NCBI GenBank assembly: GCA_965657355.1
Contig: CBFHOE010000007.1
Location: 64,001 to 128,000 of the forward strand
DNA: 64,000 nt
Reading direction: 5' to 3'
DNA from: Limisphaerales bacterium
GTDB taxonomy: Bacteria > Verrucomicrobiota > Verrucomicrobiia > Limisphaerales > JAJOIW01
In this document: in pieces, positions 58,797-64,000 of the stretch
Layout of the letters: each line of letters starts with the position of its first letter
Numbering within the stretch: the stretch's first letter is position 1
Made by a program: the position numbers and the translations under genes
Notes under the pieces: model-generated
Told to the model about the DNA's origin: nothing
The model's database searches: none
The model's input: only the letters and a program-made list of their open reading frames with translations

Positions 58797-60227
58797 TTAA
58801 TAAATTCTTAAGTTATCTACCATGACGCATCGCCTTACTCTTGTGAACGTCTTTGGATTTGTTATCCCTTCACCTGTCGGGGTGGCTATCGAATAGCTAA
58901 GATAACCCTCACCACCCAATCCAAGTCCCGCTCCGCAAGGCCCATTCTTTACAAACAGGGTCGTGTCTAATGCACGCCCCATTTTGGTCATGGCATTAAC
59001 ATCATGAGAATGAATAATGGATGTGTGCCTGTAGTTATGTTCAGCCTGTTTTGAAAGTTTGACCCCTTCGTCAACGTCTTTGACTCGAACAACTGGAACG
59101 CAGGGCATCATCTGCTCCTCTTGAACATAAGCATGTGAAGCATCGCATTCTCCAAAAAGCATCTCAGTGCAGCCTGGGACGTTGACGCCGGCCATTTCTG
59201 CCAGAACTGTGGCATCTTTACCTATGCAGTCTTTGTTGACCACAGGGTCCGGACATCCTGCACCCTCACCCTCTTTGAATTTGAACGCAACTTTGGTCAT
59301 GGCATCAAATTGCTTATCATTAAGGTGGAAAGCACCAGCTTTTTTGAAGGCATCAATGAATTTGCTATAAATCTTATCGACGACAAATATTTCTTTTTCG
59401 CCAATGCATAGAAGGTTGTTGTCGTAAGCACCTCCTTTGATAATCGATTCGGCGGCTTTATTTAAATCGGCGGTCTCATCAATGAGAACGGGAGGATTTC
59501 CCGGACCGGCACAAATTGCCCTTTTACCCGTCTGCATTGCTGCTTTGACAACACCAGGCCCACCAGTCACACAAAGCAAGCGAACCAGCTCATGACCACA
59601 CATCTCTTTGAAAGAGTCCAAGGTTGGTTTTTCAATTATGGTGACAAGATTGGAAATTCCAATTTCATGAAAAATTGCTTTATTGAACTCTCTAACAGCC
59701 ATGGCTGCAACCTCACCGGCTGCAGGGTGAGCATTGAATACAACTGCATTACCAGCTGCCACCATGTTGACTATGTTTCCTGCGATAGTAGGAACAGAAT
59801 GAGTAGACGGAGTAACGGCGCCAACGACACCAAAAGGTGTATATTCTTCCAATGTAATGCCGTTATCCCCACTAAGAGCATATGGGCTTAGAAATTCAAC
59901 ACCAGGAACATGCTTTATGATCTGTAACTTTTCTATTTTATGATCAAGTCTGCCAATTTTGGATTCCTGTAATTCTTGTTTCCCCCAGTCTTCCGCATTG
60001 GCTTCGCACATTCCTTTTACGATTTCAATGACTTTGCGACGAGCTTCCACTCCTTTTTCTTGAAGTTGAAGGAATGAATCGTGTGCTGCCTGTGCAGCAA
60101 GGTCCGCAGTTTCGAAGACCCCAAAGTTTCCGGCTTGTGATTGTCCAGAGTTGATCTGAAATTGGGAGGAAGTGTTGAGGTTTCTGAGCACCTCATTGAC
60201 GACTTCTCGAATCAAAGTTTCATTCAT
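58797..60227 (-). CDS. CoA-acylating aldehyde dehydrogenase (PduP/EutE type)
   Basis: N-terminal encapsulation peptide MNETLIREVVNEVLRNL; PFGVVGAVTPST, TGGPGVV, AGPGNPP, YDNNLLCIGEK, EQMMP, TPTGEG. Confidence 0.95.
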   Translation of the reverse strand: MNETLIREVVNEVLRNLNTSSQFQINSGQSQAGNFGVFETADLAAQAAHDSFLQLQEKGVEARRKVIEIVKGMCEANAEDWGKQELQESKIGRLDHKIEKLQIIKHVPGVEFLSPYALSGDNGITLEEYTPFGVVGAVTPSTHSVPTIAGNIVNMVAAGNAVVFNAHPAAGEVAAMAVREFNKAIFHEIGISNLVTIIEKPTLDSFKEMCGHELVRLLCVTGGPGVVKAAMQTGKRAICAGPGNPPVLIDETADLNKAAESIIKGGAYDNNLLCIGEKEIFVVDKIYSKFIDAFKKAGAFHLNDKQFDAMTKVAFKFKEGEGAGCPDPVVNKDCIGKDATVLAEMAGVNVPGCTEMLFGECDASHAYVQEEQMMPCVPVVRVKDVDEGVKLSKQAEHNYRHTSIIHSHDVNAMTKMGRALDTTLFVKNGPCGAGLGLGGEGYLSYSIATPTGEGITNPKTFTRVRRCVMVDNLRIY

Positions 60228-60274
60228 TTTTTTCTGATGCTAATTTTTGCTTACTACACCAAACTTCCTAAACT

Positions 60275-60631
60275 TCAAGTATGGCGTGACGCAGCGCCCC
60301 CGGCGGGAGAAGGGCGGTCTGGCTGATGGGCGTTGTATATTTTTTTTCCAAAAACATCCACAGTATCAACTATTCCTATAATAACAGCATCCACGGGTGC
60401 GGATTTTAATTTTGCTGCAAGTCGGGCTGAACTACCTTGGCAAAAAATGACGAGTTCACCTTCTCCTGCCCCGACAGTGTCAACCGCGACTATGGTGTTC
60501 TTTCCAGCTCGAAACTTTGATGGGTCCAGGTCATCCACTAACTGTGGGCGAAGCATTAATAGCTTTTGCCCACTGATGCCTTCGTCTTTTTTGGTGGCTA
60601 CAACCGAACCTTCAACCCGAGCAAGAAACAT
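60275..60631 (-). CDS. BMC-P vertex protein (EutN/CcmL family)
   Basis: 'MFLARVEGSVVATKKD...VAVDTVGAGEGE...QGSSAR...PVDAVIIGIVD'. Confidence 0.95.
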   Translation of the reverse strand: MFLARVEGSVVATKKDEGISGQKLLMLRPQLVDDLDPSKFRAGKNTIVAVDTVGAGEGELVIFCQGSSARLAAKLKSAPVDAVIIGIVDTVDVFGKKIYNAHQPDRPSPAGGAASRHT

Positions 60632-60667
60632 AAGTTCTACTTTCCTTAAGTATAGGCAAGGACAGGG

Positions 60668-60958
60668 TTATTTACCTTTTGTTTTTGGTAAGACAACACC
60701 GGTATCAGTGTGCGGACGAGCTATGACGTGAACGCTAACAAGGTCGCCTCCGATCGCTTTGACAGCGCTTGCCCCAGCATCAGTCGCTGCCTTTACAGCT
60801 GCCACATCTCCGACAACCACTGCCGTAACAAGAGCACTTCCAACTTGCGTCATCGGACCTGCAAGTTCTACGTTTGCCGCTTTTAACATCGCGTCGGTAC
60901 CTTCTACCAAGGCTACCAAACCACGAGTTTCTACCATTCCTATTGCTTGTTGAGCCAT
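60668..60958 (-). CDS. BMC-H shell protein
   Basis: 'AIGMVETRG...DAMLKAANV...GDVAAVKAA...VHVIARPH'. Confidence 0.97.
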   Translation of the reverse strand: MAQQAIGMVETRGLVALVEGTDAMLKAANVELAGPMTQVGSALVTAVVVGDVAAVKAATDAGASAVKAIGGDLVSVHVIARPHTDTGVVLPKTKGK

Positions 60959-60978
60959 TTTTATATTTTTAATTTAAA

Positions 60979-62172
60979 TTATTGTTTGTTTTTGTTTTCG
61001 ATAAATCTTTTAACTTCTCTCGCAACCACTAATTCTTCATTGGCTGGGACGACAAAAATTTTCGTTTTGCTATTCTGGGTAGATATTTGACCTTCGCTAC
61101 CCCGGATGGAGTTATTTGCCTGTGGGTCAACCTCGATACCTATATCTGTTAAACCACTGCAGATTTTTGATCTTATTTCTGCTCTGTGTTCACCTATTCC
61201 AGCAGTGAAAACTAAGGCGTCTAGTCCTCCCATTTGAAACATAAAAGCTCCTACCCAATGACGAGCGAGGTGGATCAAATAATCTATAGCAAGTTGAGCG
61301 TCTGTATTTCCTTTTTCTGCTGCATCTCCTATATCCCGAATGTCATTAGAGACTCCTGAGAGGCCGAGTAAGCCCGAATCATTGCTTAAAGCATTCTCAG
61401 CATCTTCGTAGGTTATTCCTGTTCGCCTCATCATCAGAGGAACAGCAAATGAATCAAGATCTCCTACCCGGTTGTTCTGAGGCAATCCCGACTGAGGGCT
61501 GAACCCCATACTGTTGCCTATGGCAACACCATTTAAAATTCCAGTCACAGATGAACTACCTCCAAGATGTAATGACACAACCCTCAGATTCTTATCAAAC
61601 GTGCGACTCGTATCCACATTGATATACAATTCACGCACGCGTTGGGCTATATCAAATCGCCCTAAAAGTTCGGCAGAGCGCTCGGCAATAAACTTATGAC
61701 TTGCCCCATGAAAACCCCAACGACGAATACCAGCTTCATACCAGCTCTTTGGCACCGCGTATCGTTTTGCAGCTTCAGGCATCCATTGGTAAAAGGCAGT
61801 TTCAAAAAGACCAACCATTGGTACGCCAGGCAATGCATTACGAAGCTGGTTAACACCCTCTATGTAAGGAGGGTTGTGAGCTGGAGCTAAATCGTTACAT
61901 CGAGCCATGGCCTTAATGACACTTTCATCCAATTCGAGGCAACCCGTGACGCCATCTGCGACAACGGTCTTGAACCCGACACCACCAAGCTCTGTTTTGT
62001 TATCGAGATACCCCTGTGATAGTAATTGTTCAAGGCAATCGTTCAAAGCAGCTTCATAGTCATCAACCCGCTCATATCCACCTTTAGCCATGACGGTAGC
62101 ACTTTCACCATCGAAAGCAATCAGGCGGTATTTGAACGAGGTTGATCCTAAATTAGCTACAAGTATTTTCAT
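60979..62172 (-). CDS. Acetate/propionate kinase family (PVM acyl kinase)
   Basis: NLGSTSFK, APAHNP, GFHGASH, HLGGSSS, SMGFSP, FTAGIGE, ANEE. Confidence 0.93.
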   Translation of the reverse strand: MKILVANLGSTSFKYRLIAFDGESATVMAKGGYERVDDYEAALNDCLEQLLSQGYLDNKTELGGVGFKTVVADGVTGCLELDESVIKAMARCNDLAPAHNPPYIEGVNQLRNALPGVPMVGLFETAFYQWMPEAAKRYAVPKSWYEAGIRRWGFHGASHKFIAERSAELLGRFDIAQRVRELYINVDTSRTFDKNLRVVSLHLGGSSSVTGILNGVAIGNSMGFSPQSGLPQNNRVGDLDSFAVPLMMRRTGITYEDAENALSNDSGLLGLSGVSNDIRDIGDAAEKGNTDAQLAIDYLIHLARHWVGAFMFQMGGLDALVFTAGIGEHRAEIRSKICSGLTDIGIEVDPQANNSIRGSEGQISTQNSKTKIFVVPANEELVVAREVKRFIENKNKQ

Positions 62173-62223
62173 TACCAGCCACTACCGGGAGAATTTATAA
62201 CGCAAGCGGGAGTTGTATTAGCT

Positions 62224-62502
62224 TTAGGCTAACCATGTCCCAAGCTTTTGTAAGTCTTCGTGCGGCCTAGGGATCACTTGAACAGCGACAACTTCACCTA
62301 TTTGAGCGGCAGCGGCGGCACCAGCGTCTGTAGCAGCTTTAACAGCGGCGACATCCCCTTGAAAAAAACCAGTAACAAAACCGCTACCAACTTTTTCCCA
62401 GCCAGTCAGGGTTACTTCAGCCGCTTTAAGAGCAGCATCAGATGCTTCTAACAAAGCACACATCCCTTTGGTTTCGATCATTCCTATTGCTTTTTGAGCC
62501 AT
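62224..62502 (-). CDS. BMC-H shell protein
   Basis: 'AIGMIETKG...DAALKAAEV...GDVAAVKAA...VIPRPH'. Confidence 0.97.
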   Translation of the reverse strand: MAQKAIGMIETKGMCALLEASDAALKAAEVTLTGWEKVGSGFVTGFFQGDVAAVKAATDAGAAAAAQIGEVVAVQVIPRPHEDLQKLGTWLA

Positions 62503-62528
62503 ATGATTTTTCCTTATTTTTGTTTCTG

Positions 62529-62816
62529 TTACTTAGATGCGGCAGGAGGGTTGATAAATGCTTTTAGCAAGTCCTGATGAGGACGAGCTAAAAGGTGACT
62601 ACTCACAAGTTCACCTACTCTTCCAGCAGCGTGCGAACCAGCATCGACAGCCGCTTTCACACTTCCTACATCGCCTTTGGCCAACACTGTGATAAAACCA
62701 CCACCTGTAGGGAGTGTTTTTACCAAACTAACGTTAGCTGCCTTAACCATGGCATCCGATGCTTCTACTGCACCGACATAACCTTTGGTCTCTATCATTC
62801 CTAATGCTTCGCTCAT
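62529..62816 (-). CDS. BMC-H shell protein
   Basis: 'ALGMIETKG...DAMVKAANV...GDVGSVKAA...LLARPH'. Confidence 0.97.
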   Translation of the reverse strand: MSEALGMIETKGYVGAVEASDAMVKAANVSLVKTLPTGGGFITVLAKGDVGSVKAAVDAGSHAAGRVGELVSSHLLARPHQDLLKAFINPPAASK

Positions 62817-62870
62817 GACCTTATTCCTTTTAAATATGAGTTATTGGTTATTATAAATCGTTTGTAAATT

Positions 62871-63566
62871 TCACTTGATAAGCTCACAGAAACTGTCTGG
62901 CCTTAGCCCGCAGGCATTGCCCTCATCAGTATCGATGTGAACTTCTAATTTAAAACTAGGATCAACCCTGACTAACATGTTTTCGAGAACTGCTCCGCAC
63001 TCACCACCTATCCTAAGTTTCATATAATCTCCAGCCTCTACTCCGTACCTAGCGGCGTCATCCGGGTGCATATGAACATGCCGCTTTGCTCGAATAACAC
63101 CCTCATTCATTTCAAAATATCCAGCTGGCCCCATCAACATACATCCCGTACTGCCTGCAATATCTCCACTAGATCTCAAAGGTATGTCGTAGCCCAGAGA
63201 AACGGCATCAGTATATGATAACTCCACCTGATTCAATGTCCTACAAGGGCCTAAGATTCTGAGATTGGAGATAACTCGACTTCTCGGACCAATCAAAGTC
63301 ACAGCCTCTTTCGCAGCATATTGCCCCTCCTGATAGAGGTATTTCATCGGCGTCAAACTCTTACCTTGACCAAAGAGCTGCTCCACAGCCTCAGCGGTTA
63401 AATGGCAATGGCGGGCACTAACATTGACTACGAGTGGATTGGCCGACTGTTGAGCACAACCACCCGCTACCGCCGTACGAGGAGCACGGCTGTAAACCGC
63501 TTTGCGGACCATTTCTTCGACTACCGACCGTGGTAATGCTGATAGATCTTTTCCAGATATTGACAC
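62871..63566 (-). CDS. pduL: PduL-type phosphotransacylase
   Basis: VSARHCHL, QYAAKE, RILGP.R...QVE, RHVHM, EVHIDTDEGNA; N-terminal encapsulation-peptide-like helix. Confidence 0.95.
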   Translation of the reverse strand: MSISGKDLSALPRSVVEEMVRKAVYSRAPRTAVAGGCAQQSANPLVVNVSARHCHLTAEAVEQLFGQGKSLTPMKYLYQEGQYAAKEAVTLIGPRSRVISNLRILGPCRTLNQVELSYTDAVSLGYDIPLRSSGDIAGSTGCMLMGPAGYFEMNEGVIRAKRHVHMHPDDAARYGVEAGDYMKLRIGGECGAVLENMLVRVDPSFKLEVHIDTDEGNACGLRPDSFCELIK

Positions 63567-63651
63567 GTTGTGAATCTTATCTCATTAATGTTTTGAAATA
63601 GTCAATCAAAATCTTGCATAATGCGTCATTTTCTAGCAAACTTTCTATCAG

Positions 63652-64000
63652 ATGAGTGCAGAAGAGAGGAGATTTAGAATTGGCAGCTACCTACAAAAAG
63701 TGGAATTTGCCTCTTTGGACGAGCTTGCCGATCATGTAAATGCCTCTGTATCAACTATTAGACGTGATTTAAGCGCGCTTGAATACGAAGGAAATATCAA
63801 GAGAACACATGGTGGCGCCCGAGTTACAAATCAAAGAAACGAGGATTCCACCTTCTTCAACCGCGGCCTGGGTGAAGAAAACGGAAAGGAAAGAATTGGA
63901 ATTTCTTGCACTAATTTGATAGATCCGAACCAAACTGTGATATGTGATGCAGGCACAACGGTTTTTCTTGCTGCGAAGCAACTAGAGTCAAAGACACCTC
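63652..64000 (+). CDS. DeoR/GlpR-family regulator, partial (runs off the window end; not in the ORF track)
   Basis: Manual translation from the ATG at 63652: MSAEERRFRIGSYLQKVEFASLDELADHVNASVSTIRRDLSALEYEGNIKRTHGGARV...DAGTT. Confidence 0.93.
   Translation, partial: MSAEERRFRIGSYLQKVEFASLDELADHVNASVSTIRRDLSALEYEGNIKRTHGGARVTNQRNEDSTFFNRGLGEENGKERIGISCTNLIDPNQTVICDAGTTVFLAAKQLESKTP

Noticed and set aside
63769..63981. 70-aa minus-strand ORF
   Set aside because: Antisense shadow of the DeoR gene.
1..64000. Many short ORFs overlapping longer genes (for example 7868-8329, 9841-10203, 42368-42826, 60333-60731), and any CRISPR array, tRNA, rRNA, IS element or prophage
   Set aside because: The short ORFs are antisense or alternate-frame shadows of well-supported genes. 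By eye I found no repeat-spacer array, structural RNA signature, transposase or integrase; a covariance-model scan was not possible.

Overview
A gene-dense, AT-rich (roughly 40% GC by eye) bacterial chromosomal segment, most likely from a member of the Verrucomicrobiota (PVC superphylum). The assignment rests on a Planctomycetes/Verrucomicrobia-type (PVM) microcompartment locus, a PVC-type CxxCH dehydrogenase-like protein and an H-X9-DG-type prepilin-like protein. Main blocks: (1) 3240-14660, a tightly spaced 8-gene minus-strand operon in which three HflK/HflC-like SPFH proteins and a P1B-type ATPase with a non-canonical CPA motif are nested inside an ABC exporter locus resembling PilGHI/Xap; this is the best candidate for an undescribed system. 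(2) 14960-21025, lpxC-fabZ-lpxA running into a Zrg-like MacB ABC transporter, a MerC-domain gene and a DUF3299 gene. (3) 25183-29925, a four-enzyme gamma-glutamylation pathway of the ethanolamine type. (4) Scattered metabolic and envelope genes, including ilvD-like, two glycosyltransferases, pdxH, a plant-like leuD, a 5'-broken repeat protein and ydbH-ynbE-ydbL. (5) 55765-64000, a PVM microcompartment locus with an extra class I aldolase-like gene and a divergent DeoR regulator that is missing from the ORF track. I saw no rRNA, tRNA, CRISPR array or mobile element. All family assignments come from motif recognition, not database searches.
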